Shown: positions 23,170 through 36,483, numbered from the whole stretch's first letter. The stretch: DNA of 63,899 nt, filler included, from Octopus bimaculoides (GCF_001194135.2; 4 parts of 4 records of this genome joined end to end with filler, not necessarily neighbours in it), one strand, 5' to 3'. A program made the numbers and translations. Notes: generated by a model from the letters alone, not told the origin.

Positions 23170-24448
23170 AGCTCTCACCAGTTTATTAGTATTACTCTGC
23201 CTAAGCGATATAATGTGTAATGGCGTCTGTCTGTCTTTGTGTTTAGGGTTAATCTAGCTCCTCCCACACATCCAACCGATTTTAAGGATTTTTCAAAACT
23301 CGATAATGCTCAGCTGGCATCGATTTTTGTGAGCTCAATCGGGTGTTTGAATGAAAATTCCCATAACGATGTTATTTTTCATGCAGCTTTTGCATTTTTG
23401 TCCGATTTTGATGAAAATCGATCAGTGAGCTAGGCTCATGGCAGTGAGTTGATATCAATATATGGCATTGACAAAAAAATCGATAATTACGCCTCAGCAG
23501 TGATTTTATAAAATCATTAGGGTTTTTGCGTGCAAATACCTATAGGGATTTTATTTTTGGCCGTAACTTATATATTTTTCATCTAAGTTTAATGAAATTT
23601 GAGATGCAAGTAAGTTTTGTGGGGGAGACGGTAAAAGTGTTTATTTAATTCAAGAGGGCTTGAAAAGGGCACAAATACAAATAAGCATTTCCTTAGAGAC
23701 ATTCTTGTTGATTTTGTAGAAATTTTACACATGATTACAGTTGATGCCGGCATGAAGAGTTGACAAAAAATCGATAATTGCGTGTGAGCGGGGGATTTTA
23801 AGAAATAGATAGACTTTTTGTATGCAATAACCCATTAGATTAATATTTTATGCTGTAACTTTTACAGAATTCATCCGATTTTGATGAAATTTGACATTTA
23901 GGTAGAGTTTATGGAGTCATGTGGTAGAATTAAAATTAAACTGGTGAAAGGCAGAAATCGTCAAAATTCACTCACAATAAAATAATGAACAGATTGTGAA
24001 GAAAATTGACCTATGAGTAAAAGTAAGCACTTCGACATATGAAACATCGATTATTCATATAATGTATTGGGATTTAAAAGTCAATGAGATATTTTCATGT
24101 AAATGGTCACATGGATTCTAATTTATGATATAACCTTAGCACTTCGGATTTTACCGAGATTGGACAAGCTGATCAATTTTGTACAGAGGGTGGCATTAAG
24201 GGGAGTGAAATAAGCAAACATCACTCTCAACGGGTCGAGGTACACCCAATAGTTTGACTGCGATTTCAGACGGTCCAGTATTTAGGAGTATGTCGAAAAC
24301 GTTAACTGGGCATAATCCCTGCCGAACCAGATATAATATCTTAATGGGTAATAGTTGGCATGGGGAACGTAGAAGATTTCAAAACAAGGTCAGAGGTGGG
24401 CTTAACTTCAACACGGAAAACACGAGCAACGCCAGGTCCAACAGCTAG
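23170..24448 (+). mobile_element. Non-autonomous Helitron/Helentron-like element with ~290-bp internal repeats
   Basis: GTCTGTCTGTC near the 5' end; recurrent CCGATTTTGATGAAA; GACAAAAAAATCGATAATT at ~23470 and ~23762; end GAGCAACGCCAGGTCCAACAG-CTAG|T at 24445-24449. Confidence 0.55.
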
Positions 24449-24704
24449 TATATACATATATAAATATATATCTTCTGGCAATAGGAACAACACACACACA
24501 TTTACAAATATCACATAATTACCATATCTTCATGACAATATAAAGATCTAAGAAATTAGGGAAATTTGTGAGAACCGTCTAAATACGCATGTACCTGTGT
24601 TTCTCTTCCACATATCTATTTATATCTCCTTTGCATCGATCTATTTTTTCTTTTGATTAAGGAATTACGAAGTAAAATCACTATAATAGGCACAAATGTT
24701 GCCG

Positions 24705-24828
24705 TGGGTCAAGAATTTTGCTTCCCAACCACATGGTTATGGTACCGGGTTCAGTCTTCTACTATAGCCTCGAGCCGACCAAAGCCTTGTTAGCGGATTT
24801 GGTAGACGGAAACTGAAAGAAACCCGTC

Positions 24829-24832
<4 letters not shown>
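24705..24832 (+). mobile_element. SINE family B, 5' part
   Basis: CCAACCACATGG...GGATTTGGTAGACGGAAACTGAAAGAAACCCGTCGT. Confidence 0.8.
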
Positions 24833-24870
<38 letters not shown>

Positions 24871-24875
24871 ATATA

Positions 24876-25295
24876 TCGTCGATTCTTCCCATTTCTAGCA
24901 ATGGAAGAAGGCGGATATCAAGTGGGGAGGGCTATGGTTCAGGTAGAAATGCGGAACCAGGAAGAAGAAAGAAGGTCAAGAGTTGTGGAGCTGGTATCTC
25001 AAGGTGACTGGACTAAGTAGGATCTCCCTTAGAGGAAGGTCATATGAAGACACCTGTGGGGACTGGAACTTTTCCCCATCTACTTCCTGTTGCGGGCAGT
25101 GTATGACACACTCCCAAGGCCAACAAGCCTGCACAGACGGGATTTGAGGGAAGACCAACTGTGTAGACTTTGTGGAGAAAGGGGCATGCTGGCACACAAC
25201 TTATCAGGGTGCAGAGTAACACTTTCTCAAGGAAGATACAAGTGGCGCCGTGATAGGGTGATTGCAACATCTGCTCATACCCTGGAGGAGAAAAG
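24876..25295 (+). mobile_element. RLE-type non-LTR retrotransposon fragment (HERO/NeSL-like), post-RT zinc-knuckle region
   Basis: MVQVEMRNQEEERRSRVVELVSQGDWTK*DLP...; FLLRAVYDTLPRPTSLHR...LCRLCGERGMLAHNLSGC...QGRYKWRRDRV (CCHC, then RH-D-like motif). Confidence 0.8.
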
Positions 25296-25304
25296 GTTAA
25301 TAAG

Positions 25305-26110
25305 AAACTGTACATGCAAGTTCAAGGTGCAGCCATTGGTGTCGGTGTGGCTGGCCTCTTCATGACCTGGTGGGACAGAGAACTTAAGCAATCCTTAGCA
25401 GAACAGTCCACAACTCTTCTACTCTACAGTAGGTATGTAGATGACATTAATATCATAATTAAGACCAACTCTAGTAACGGTAATGTAGAAACTGAGATGA
25501 ACATAATGGAGAGCATCCTGCAAGTAGCTAACTCCATTCACCAAAGTATCAAGGTAACTATGGATTACCCCACTAGGCACCCCAACAGTAGACTACCCGT
25601 CTTTGATACTGAACTTTGGTTAGAGACTGTGAACAACAGAGTGCAGCTCCTCCACTCCTATTACATGAAACCCATAGCTTCGAAATATGTTGTTCACAAG
25701 AACTCAGTTTTGTCTCACAGCATGAAAATTAACATACTGATAGAAGACTTAGGAAAAATAAACAACGTGTCCCCACTATGCAAACCCTATGAAACTTCAT
25801 GCATCGCATGCAATTCTCTGGATATGATCAGAAAGATAGGGTTCGAGTATGCAGGGGTGCTAGAAAGAAGTTAGAGGAGACATCTAGGAGCATTGCGGAA
25901 CGACTAAATGAACATTTGAGACAATATGACGACAAAAAAAGCAGTCATCCATACTCTACCAGCATGCTAATAACCAACATAGAGGCAATCTGGGTCAACT
26001 TGACATTCGCATTTTTATCCAAGCACCCAAAGGACCCAACACTCAGATAAATACAGGAGTACGTGCTCATAAATGAAACACCCCAGTACTAAATAGGAAA
26101 TATATGTAGT
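25305..26110 (+). mobile_element. Penelope-like retroelement 3, RT core fused by internal deletion to the endonuclease C-half
   Basis: QVQGAAIG, YSRYVDD, DYPTRHPNSRLPVFD, YMKPIAS, FSGY, then directly ETSRSIAERLNEH...DPTLRQIQE. Confidence 0.85.
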
Positions 26111-26904
26111 AGATATCATACCCCTATACCCACAGTTTATACAGGTAGAGTAGAATAGTTAGTGGGCTGTTATGTAGATAGATGTATGTGTGTGTGAGGT
26201 GTGTATATATGTGTATATGTATATACTCATGTATATAGGCATATGGATATGAATGTAAACAGATAGACATACAGACGGATAGATACATAGGTTATATGAA
26301 CAAACAAGTACACACGCAAATGGAGACTGAAACACATGACCATATATACACATACNNNNNNNNNNNNNNNNNNNNNNNNNNNNNNNNNNNNNNNNNNNNN
26401 NNNNNNNNNNNNNNNNNNNNNNNNNNNNNNNNNNNNNNNNNNNNNNNNNNNNNNNNNNNNNNNNNNNNNNNNNNNNNNNNNNNNNNNNNNNNNNNNNNNN
26501 NNNNNNNNNNNNNNNNNNNNNNNNNNNNNNNNNNNNNNNNNNNNNNNNNNNNNNNNNNNNNNNNNNNNNNNNNNNNNNNNNNNNNNNNNNNNNNNNNNNN
26601 NNNNNNNNNNNNNNNNNNNNNNNNNNNNNNNNNNNNNNNNNNNNNNNNNNNNNNNNNNNNNNNNNNNNNNNNNNNNNNNNNNNNNNNNNNNNNNNNNNNN
26701 NNNNNNNNNNNNNNNNNNNNNNNNNNNNNNNNNNNNNNNNNNNNNNNNNNNNNNNNNNNNNNNNNNNNNNNTATATATATATATATATATATGGTATGTA
26801 GCAATTAAAATGGGAGGAGGAAAAATATTATTAATTAGTGACTATTTATTTTCATCCTCACAATGTAAGATGCAACTTCTTCGAGTTGTAGTGCAATGAT
26901 TTTA

Positions 26905-27355
26905 CGCAGTACTGATATTCATTTTTTCGTTGATTGCTAGAAAACTGGTGAAAAAAGGAGAGATAGAAAGAGTAAGAGAGTTGGTCTCTCTAGGCTGACA
27001 AGCAGACGGGGTGAAAGTTATATTGTCGCTCGATAACAATCCACAGGTGAGAGGGGAGAAATAGATACTCTTCAGCTAGGCGCCAATTGACCAAAGAGAT
27101 AGCACCGATTTGGTGTTCCGTATATTTTCTCTAACTAAATTTGGTCAGGATAGACAAAAGATTTTCCGTCTTTTATCTGCCCAAACCTTATTTAACCTAA
27201 GAATGTTAACTTAAACAACAGAAATAAACTAAGTGACTGTTGATTCTCTTCAATCTCCCTGTGCAAAAGCTGAGAGCAAAGGAAAGGAACTGGTAGAAAA
27301 ATGTAGATTCAGTTTCGAAACCAAGCTTAGAGTCTAGGAAACTATTCGTTACATC
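26905..27355 (+). repeat. Unclassified dispersed repeat, copy 2
   Basis: Homologous to the reverse complement of 3915-4375. Confidence 0.75.
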
Positions 27356-27473
27356 ATGCTCCTCGTACAGTGTTTGTCAAAAAACAAACAAGTGATAATA
27401 GGAAAATTGCAGAGATGTGTACCATGCAAAAATTAAAGAACGTTCAAAATTGTGAATGCAAAGTGTGAAGTTA

Positions 27474-27757
27474 TGGAGGCGCAATGGCCCAGTGGTTAGA
27501 GCAGCGGACTCGCGGTCGGAGGATCGCGGTTTCGATTCCCAGACCGGGCGTTGTGAGTGTTTATTGAGCGAAAACACCTAAAGCTCCACGAGACTCCGGC
27601 AGGGGGTGGTGGCGACCCCTGTTGTATTCTTTCGCCCCAACTTTCTCTCACTCTTTCTTCCTGTTTCTTGAGTAACGCTGCGATGGACTGACGTCCCGTC
27701 CAGCTGGGGGGAAACTGGGCCCATGAGCCTGGCTAGGCTTTAGAAGGGCGCATATAT
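27474..27757 (+). mobile_element. Full-length tRNA-derived SINE (family A2; same head as A1, different 3' domain) with 14-bp TSD
   Basis: TSD AAAGTGTGAAGTTA at 27460-27473 and 27758-27771; A box TGGCCCAGTGG, B box GTTTCGATTCC. Confidence 0.9.
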
Positions 27758-28245
27758 AAAGTGTGAAGTTACAGATAGATGTGACGCAAGGCCAGTAAAA
27801 TCATAAATATCCGGAGAAAAAAACCTGAGATGTATACGAGACAAGTATCTATTGAAGGGGGTTCGAATAGCATGCAATGTTGCTTTGTGTGTGTAGGATG
27901 CAGTCTGGGCTTCGTGCGTATCGGCATTGTGGCAGTGTTAAGTGAACATGCGCATGATTCAGTAACGGATTCTGTATACATATGCGCGGGAACGATGGAA
28001 CTATGGCCTTTCAGTGAAAGGAGCTGAGAGGATAGAGTGCAATCTCAATCCATATATCGTTCTCATAGGTTAAATGTCCCGGGTATTGTTATCGTTGTTG
28101 TCATTATTATTCTTGCCTTTCATCCTTTCGGGGTCGATAAATCAATTAGTCCCCGCCCCCAAAATTTCAGGCCTTGTGCCTTTAGTAGAAAGGATTATTA
28201 TTTATTATTATTATTACGAATTATTATTGTTGTTGTTGTTATTAT

Positions 28246-28465
28246 TAAGGCGGCGAGTTGGCAGAATCGTAAGCACGCCGGGCGAAGTGATTTGCAGTAT
28301 TTCGTCTGTTGTCACATTCTGCGTTCAAATTTCGATGAAGTCGTCTTTGCCTTTCATCCTTTCGAAGTAGATAAATTAAGTACCAATCGAGCACTGGTGT
28401 CGATGTGATCGACTTGTCCCCTCCCGCCCAAATTTCAGGCCTTGTGCTTTTAGTAGAAAGGATTA
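28246..28465 (+). mobile_element. SINE family C (a partial extra copy lies at ~28105-28195)
   Basis: AAGGCGGCGAGTTGGCAGAATCGT head; CpGs retained. Confidence 0.85.
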
Positions 28466-28483
28466 TTATTTAGTAGAAAAGAT

Positions 28484-28790
28484 TATTATTAATAATTTTG
28501 CCTTTGCACAACTTCTAACGCTGGAGATGTATTACAGTGTTAGTTGTTCACTACCAGTGAACTAAGGTAACACCTCTTATTTTCCGAGCACCTTCCGGAG
28601 TAATCGAGCGATTCCAAGCAGTGCTGTTTTCTGCAAGTGCTCCACCCTTATTACAATCCCTATTTGTTCCACGTACTTCCCGAGATTTTTGCTCACTGTT
28701 CCCAGGGCTCTGACAATTATTGGTACTACTGCTACTTTTTTCATCGACCACAACTGCTTAACTTCCCAAGCCAACCTGTCATATCTCTCT
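28484..28790 (-). mobile_element. R4/Dong-clade LINE 3' end (restriction-like endonuclease C-terminus and 3' UTR)
   Basis: RYDRLAWEVKQLWSMKKVAVVPIIVRALGTV...LQKTALLGIARLLRKVL*; 3' end abuts TAA repeats. Confidence 0.85.
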
Positions 28791-28905
28791 TTTACTCTTT
28801 TACTTGTTTCAGCCATTTGACTGTGGCCATGCTGCAGCACCGCCTTTTGTCGAGCAAATCGAACCCAGGACTTATTCTTTGTAAGCCTAGTACTTATTCT
28901 ATCAG

Positions 28906-29005
28906 NNNNNNNNNNNNNNNNNNNNNNNNNNNNNNNNNNNNNNNNNNNNTTAATTAATTAANNNNNNNNNNNNNNNNNNNNNNNNNNNNNNNNNNNNNNN
29001 NNNNN
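28906..29005. other. Artificial 100-bp join spacer (44 N, TTAATTAATTAA, 44 N)
   Basis: Identical geometry at three places; the 12-mer has stops in all six frames. Confidence 0.95.
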
Positions 29006-29904
29006 CATTGATTGATTTTAATTTTTTTTTTGTTTCGTTTTTTTTTTAATTTTTGTGTGTGTGTTTTGGAGAGGGTGCTTTTTCTTTTTTTTTTGTCTAA
29101 AACAAAAATTAATCAACTATATGGATTCAACCTGTTGGCAATATATAGTCCATTAATTTTTCATAATATCAAAGCATACTAAATTCTTTTAATTAATACT
29201 TTGTGAGAATCATGAATTAAAAAAAATTTAATGTATAAAACATACCTTACCCACCAACTTCATATCTGACCCCACACTCTGCTATTTAAAAAAAAAAGAA
29301 ACTACAAAAGACCATTATATACATAGGTATATAGTCACACATACACACAACAAAATATACTTGTTCATTGCGATATGAGAAGAAATGCCATATCTTAGAA
29401 ATCAGAAATGCATATGTTGACATATGACAACAATTGTTGACGTATATCAATAGTAGATTATCATAAGACGAATGTGGCAGAGTTAGATAGATAGATAGAT
29501 AGATAGATAGAAAGAAAAAGAGAGGGGGGATAGATAGATAGATAGAGAGAGAGAGGGAGGGAGGGAGAGAGATAGATGTGCATGGATAGATAGATAGATA
29601 AATAGATAGATAGATACATAGATCAGAATTACGTATGTTAAATAAGACAATTGTCTGCATATATCAACAGTAGCCTACCATAGGATGGGTGTCATTGAGG
29701 TAGGTAGGTAGATAGATAGATAGATGATGCTCAGACAGACGGACGGACAGACAGACAGACAGATGAAGCAAAAGAGAAAGAAGAATAGTAAAATAGTAAC
29801 ACTGCTTGTATTATGTTTAAATTTTTTAAAAAATGATGGTTTCTTACATTGCCACACGCCACAGAGTTCTAAATACTTTTCATTTATTATATTTCATATT
29901 GCAG

Positions 29905-29973
29905 TTTGTGGATAGTATGTTGTCGGTTACAGGTCTCCAGCTGACCAATCACTGGTTCACTGCATTATTGATG
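29905..29973 (+). CDS. Candidate internal exon of an unidentified gene
   Basis: Acceptor tttcatattgcag|, 69-nt phase 0-0 open frame FVDSMLSVTGLQLTNHWFTALLM, donor ATG|GTGAGA; no family recognised. Confidence 0.45.
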
Positions 29974-30927
29974 GTGAGAGTGCTATAGGAGTGGCTGTGT
30001 AGCTGAAGGCAGAACAAATTTAATAAAGGATTTCTTTCAAAAAGCACAGAACATTAGGCATTCTATACCAATGTTTACATTCTTTGGTGATGTATACAAG
30101 AGAACGATACACCCACACAACCATTATCTGTGTATGTATATGCATGTATATATATATATATATATATATAATTAAGGGTACTAACAGGTAGTACTAGCAT
30201 GCTGACATAACACTCAACAGGTTTTTGGCATCTGACAATACACCATAAAGCTAAACCATTTATGGACATAAACCTAAGGTAATCCCATAAACTAGCCTTC
30301 CCCATTTTTANNNNNNNNNNNNNNNNNNNNNNNNNNNNNNNNNNNNNNNNNNNNNNNNNNNNNNNNNNNNNNNNNNNNNNTATATATATATAAAACCTCC
30401 ACACAATAAAACAATGGGTAACTAGCCCAACAGAATTGCTTCTTCTTGTATTTGTTGCTCCATTCTCCACATAAATATATATATATATATATATATACAT
30501 ACATATATATACATATATATATAGTGAGTTGCCATGTAGTGGGGTCAAATTTTGAGCCTCCTTACCACAAAGTCAGTTTCTTAGCTATACCATGCTTGTG
30601 TTATCAGTTTAATCAACACCAATAAATCAATTGTACTTAACACATTGACCTCATAGTAATGAAATGCTAAGTAGACATTTGTAAGGTTTAACTCAGAATG
30701 TAAGTTTCATATGTGCGTGTGTGTGTGTGTCTGAAAGAATATATGTGCGTGTGTATAAGTTGAACAACGAAATTGTTTACACACAAAATGCACACTACAC
30801 AAACTTCTTCCACAGATGTTAGAGATATTCCGTTAAATGAAATACATTTTTAAATAGTTAATGACTTTTTAAAAAATCCTTCTTTAATTATTGTGACTGC
30901 ATCAAAATATTTTTACAAAGCTATCAA

Positions 30928-30974
<47 letters not shown>

Positions 30975-31867
30975 CACACACACCCACATACACACACTCT
31001 TACACACATGCAAGTATATGTATATACACATAAGTGCAAAATAAAGTGGAAAAAATAGTACTCAAATACCAAAGGTAGAGTGATATACTTTTTATTAAAG
31101 CTACAAAATTATCACAGAACTGTTACTCAATTTCACATTCCTGTTCGTTGGACAGTTGTGACAAATAGTATTTATATGTGTGTGTGTGTGTGTGTACATA
31201 CTTAAAATTTAGTTCTAGTTATTTAGAACCGGCACTTTGTTACCAGACCTGTTCAAATAACAATAATAGCAATGGATCTAGTATTGATTTCTAACAAAGA
31301 CACAAGACTAGAAATTTTGTGGGGAAACTCCAGTTAATTAGAAAGATCCTAAGTATTTTAATAGTCCTTTATTTTATCAAACCATGATGGATGAATAGCA
31401 AAGCTGACCCCATTGATTATTTTTTTAACTAAAGCTGTACTGGAGCCGTCTAACTGTCACAAAACATAAGAAACTAATTGATTATTCTTTACTCTTTTAG
31501 CTTTTCTTCTTATTCTAGCCACTACTTTCACCATTACATAAACTAAATCTATAACTCACACAATGTTGGTGAATTCTGTCATAAGAATCCAACTAACATA
31601 TTTTGCAAAGTCTTCTCTCTGATTGAGAGGAAACATTGAAATATTTGTGGAGATATTTATGGTAATGTATGGTATTAATATTCATTCAAAGGACATGAGT
31701 GTTGTGATGCAAGTAAAGAGACATATAGCTACACACCAATACATAGACAAGATTAGTTGAGGATACATTACTGCTACCTAATACTCTGTGAGTATATGAA
31801 AACAATGCCATTCTGTCCTAATAAATATACATACAATTCTTCTTCCTTGTTTTTTATCACTTCACGC

Positions 31868-32290
31868 ATCATCATCAACATCATTTAATGTCTATCTTCT
31901 ATGCTGGCATGGTTGGACAGTTTGACAGAAGCTGATCAGCTGAAAGGCTGTTCAAGCTCCATGTCTGTTTTTTTATGGTTTCTATGGCTTGATGCCCTTC
32001 CTAATGCTAACCACTTAACAGAGTATACTGGGTGCTTTTATGAAGCACCAGTACAGGTGATTTGTACATGGCACCACCACTTACAAGTTCACAAGATTAG
32101 GAATGCTCAGCTGGAGAGGGTTGCAAGGGATGAGCCTGTATGCAAGGGCAACCATGCTGTTACTTAGCTTGGTGTGTCTTTCCAAGCACAGCAAACTGCC
32201 AGGAATCTCAGTTCCCTGTCATCCCTTCTGTGAGTCCCAAAATTTGCAGATCCATTCTCACCACTTCATCCTGTGGACACAAACTCCAAC
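31868..32290 (-). mobile_element. RTE-tail SINE plus RTE LINE 3' fragment
   Basis: GATGCCCTTCCTAATGCTAACCAC core; minus strand DEVVRMDLQILGLTEGMTGN*DSWQFAVLGKT. Confidence 0.65.
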
Positions 32291-34384
32291 TGAAAAGCAC
32301 AGTATGTCTTTCATTGAAATTTTCCTGGTTATGATCTTCATCAATGAGGCAGTTTGCCAGCTCACGTGCAGGATGTCTTTCTTTGAGACACCAATCATGT
32401 GGATGGCTGTTGGTTCACAATGAGCTCATTCATCCTTTGACAGGTCTTGTCTTTTGTCCTGTAGAGTTTCCACAACATCCTCCTCACCTGGCAAGCGAGA
32501 TGTGGGAGGATGTTTAGTTCCTGACTACCTGACCCTGAAACAGGTTGTGCTGGATTATGTAGTACCAGTAGCAGAATTTTCTTGTCCTGACCTGATAACT
32601 AATTATAAATTAATTACACAATACAGTGATTTAAGTTGTTTCAACAACTGCAATAACTGGTCTAACATTTGTTGTATCAATACTTTACATGTTAGAGTTG
32701 ATGTCATTAAATAACATACTTCATCATATTCAGACTCAACATGCTACCTAGTTCAACACTATTGGGTGTAGGCTTTTATGTGCTTAGTCTATTTGAAATA
32801 ACATCCACATCTTCTTTATGTCACACACGACTGTCTTCAATTGCAGGAAAGACTGTGGATAAGGTAGTCTTATGTGCTGTTCTGATGACCTGAGCCAGAG
32901 CACAAAGCTAGATGTTAAAATGATGATGTTTATGATAATAGTGCAGATAAAGAAGACAATAGCAAGATAATTTTGAGAGTGTGAAGATAAATAGAAAAAG
33001 AAAAGATAAAGTGATGGATGCATAGAGAGATAGGGTGTTAAAAGTTAAAAAGAAGAATACAAACAGGTGAAACTCATTAGATGTAATGTAGGGAAAGGCT
33101 AGGCTAGACTCTCTTTTGCAAATTATTGAATTACAAAAAAAAAAGTAAGAGATGAAACCCCCCCCACCTCCAAAAAAAGCTAACTGTAATTATTACAGTT
33201 TATTTTTCATTTTGTAATGACTTTTGTAATAAAACCAAAAAATTAACCAAAAGGAGAACAGTAAAAGAAACCTTTTTCTTTTTTTTTTTTTTTTTTTTTT
33301 TTTTTTGAAAAATTTCCTAGAGAAAGTTATAATTTCTGCACATTTACTATACTTGGAGATTTGAATAATTATATTAAAGAACCCCCAAAAAGTAATAACT
33401 ATAAATATTACTAATAATAACTACAGGAATGTTTAAAAAAATAATTTTTGAAAGCAAAAGTAACAATATGGTAGAGAAACAAAGAAAAGCACTAATAGTT
33501 TTCCAAACAGGAATTACATTCTGTTGGCAAGAAGAAATATTTTACATGGAAATTACACACCATTTTGTTAAATGGTACTGGTTATTAAATTTTTGGACAA
33601 TCTTTTAGCTATTTTACTTATTTATTTGTTCATTCATTCATTTATTTATTCATTTAATTGCTAAGTTTTCTCATAAGAGTCATTTAGGAAGTAAAAATGT
33701 ATTTATACAAAAATACAAAATTCACCAAAAGAAACAAGGACAACAATATACTGTATAGAAGCTAAAAAGTGAGGTGGGGGAGAAAAGGGAGTTGCAATAA
33801 AGTGATGTTTACAGTAAAATAGATCTTTACTTCTTGGATACAGTTCTGAAGAGATGGTGAGAGGGTAATACGTAGAGAAAAGAAGAAAAAAAATGAAAGC
33901 ATACAACCACACTCACATACGCACTGGCACATACATGCTCATGAGTATTGAAACACTGATGCACATAAAACACTTGCCCATATGTACGCATTGCGAATGC
34001 TGATAAGGATATGGTTAATTCTATGATAAAGAAAATCTTAATCATGTAATAACTGTATGTTTAAGTGACAGTATGATTTCTGTTTTGTAAAGCAGAAAAT
34101 GCGAAATAAACAGAAATATTCCATGGGTGTTGTCAGCATATATAAATATACATACTGGTCATGACGGTCTAACTTCATTTTGTCATAGGTGCAGGTGTAG
34201 TTGTGTGGTTAAGGAGCTTGTTTCCCAACCATGTGATCTAAGGTGCAATCCCTCTGCACCTTGGGCAAGTGTCTTCCACTATAGCCGCAGGCCATCCAAA
34301 TCCTTATGTGTGGATTTGGTAGACAGAAACTGAAAGAAACCCATCACATACCTACGTATGTATGCATGTATGTATGTATGTATG

Positions 34385-34554
34385 CGCGAAAGTGCACGGC
34401 TCATATAGTGAATGGGGAAAGCTTAATCTGCAATGTTTGCAGTCGTGTATGCTTATCAAGAGCCGTAAATGCAAAATGTAAGTTAGTACTAGAGCGCAGA
34501 ATGTTCCTGAAGGTCGGCAATGGTCTTCCTCGGTCACGAGTGGACGGCCATCAT
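34385..34554 (+). mobile_element. RTE LINE extreme 3' end (same family as 62645-63899) inside (TATG)n
   Basis: Near-identical to the reverse complement of 62645-62790 and continues into the 3' UTR ending GGACGGCCATCAT. Confidence 0.9.
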
Positions 34555-34824
34555 GTATGTATTATAGGTGTGTATTTGTGTGTACTTTTGTCTAGATATC
34601 AAGTCATGGTTGTAAATGAGCATCATTATCAAGACACAAGCAAGGTTTTTTTTTTATTACTTGTAGTCTTCTGTAGAAAATATGTCTAACTAAAGGAAAA
34701 TATTACTGTCCTTAGAAACAGGTGAGGGTTGGTGACAGGAAGAGCATCTGCCTCAACAAATTCCCTCAGATACATGTAAGTATGGAAAAGGGAACATAAA
34801 ATGATGATGATGATGATGATCACA

Positions 34825-34866
<42 letters not shown>

Positions 34867-34882
34867 NNNNNNNNNNNNNNNN

Positions 34883-34924
<42 letters not shown>

Positions 34925-36483
34925 TTAATTGTTGTAAGACCTGAAACACCTAATGACTTCAGGTTACATCACTGTGAATGAGTTAGATATTATCTGCTGT
35001 CTTTGAAACCAATGTCCCTCACATAGTATTTGAAATACTGGGTTTATGTTGTACTTAAAATTCTTCTGACTACCACAGCTTTGTTCTAATTGGGTAAACT
35101 TGAGTACACCAAGTTTAACAAAATCTACTACATTCTTTTTTATTTGTCTTTTTTAAATACATTGAGTATGCCCAACTATAGCATTAAGTTGATTGTATGT
35201 CATTGCTAAGGTGCAACAGAGCCCAAGGTGAGTGGAGTTGTATTTAAAAGCATTCAAGCCATGACAATTTCATCGTTTTGTATATCCAAGACTACATTGT
35301 CAGTTATGGCTTTTTTTTTTTTTTTCAAGACATTAGGTGTTGATTTGAGGGTGATTTTTCTACTATTTCATAAAGTTAAAGCAATTATACGCAATCTCCT
35401 TCATTGACTTGTGCAGCATGAAGATGTATGGACTGCACACTAGCAGTCAGTATGTTGTTGGTTGCCAATTCTGTCACTTTTTACTTATATCATCCTTAGT
35501 TCTTTTCTCAAATAATAGAATATAATTTTAGATATATTTTATTGTTATTTCTTGCAAGAAACAAATGACAACATACAGAAGCTCTCATTGGCTTGATTGT
35601 TGTTTAGTGATATAAGCATGAGAATATTATTCTTGATAAGATTAGTGAAATGGCTTTTTATTAGCATCAGGCTACATATAAATGATGACTATAAACAGCT
35701 AAATCAATCCAGCACAGCATGGATTCCTTTTATTATCAATCCCAGAATGATGAAAATCAAGGTGATCCTTGGTATGACTGGAACTCAGAATATAACAGAA
35801 GAAAATTATGTACTTCTTGGAACTTAGTCTAGTGATCTATCAGTTCTGTTTCCCCAGCATTCTTATTGGGTGAAATCATTCCCATCTGTACAAATATAAA
35901 CTCAGCAATTGCAGGTGGCAGCAGCACTAGTGGTGGTGGTCATCATCATCATCATTGTCATGGTTGTGACAGTGGTCTCACCATACATGTTCTGGCTCTC
36001 TGTACTGTGAGTTCAAATCCTGCCAAAGTCTACTATATCTTTTATCTATTTGGGGTCAAAAATAAAATACCAGTCGAGCACAGTGGAATTAGCAAAACTA
36101 TTTGAGAGTTAGGCAAGATATCTTGCAGTAGCTATTCCAGCTCTTTGCAATCTGCTAGAAACAGCATAGGTGTTAAGCTGTATTGGCAACCTTTCTCTTG
36201 AATAAACAGTGGTTGCCTGGAGAAGAGAGAGACCTACTTGCTTGGACAACTTCCTGTCTTCTTCAGATCAAAAAATATTGCCCAGGTTTGCAAATACAAG
36301 GTTGACCTTGACTGATGGAGGGTCTTACTTAGGAAGGGCTCAGAGATATGTCATATTCTTTTATTATTTACAAGTACCATAAAAACTGTAGGTGAGCACA
36401 AAGCAGAACAAGGTTTAGAGAGAAAACAAAGAAAATGAAATGGAATTATGTGCTGTATAAAATATAAATAAACAATACATATA

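Noticed and set aside
23400-23900. Regularly spaced repeats resembling a CRISPR or iteron array
   Set aside because: Eukaryotic context; these are long degenerate internal repeats of a Helitron-like element with no constant repeat-spacer pattern
27474-27545. tRNA gene
   Set aside because: A and B boxes are present, but it is the head of a TSD-flanked SINE without a complete acceptor stem
32481-32590. Minus-strand open frame GQDKKILLLVLHNPAQPVSGSGSQELNILPHLACQ with a CAG|GTGAGG donor
   Set aside because: Poor acceptor, adjacent to RTE debris, and no partner exons or homology recognised
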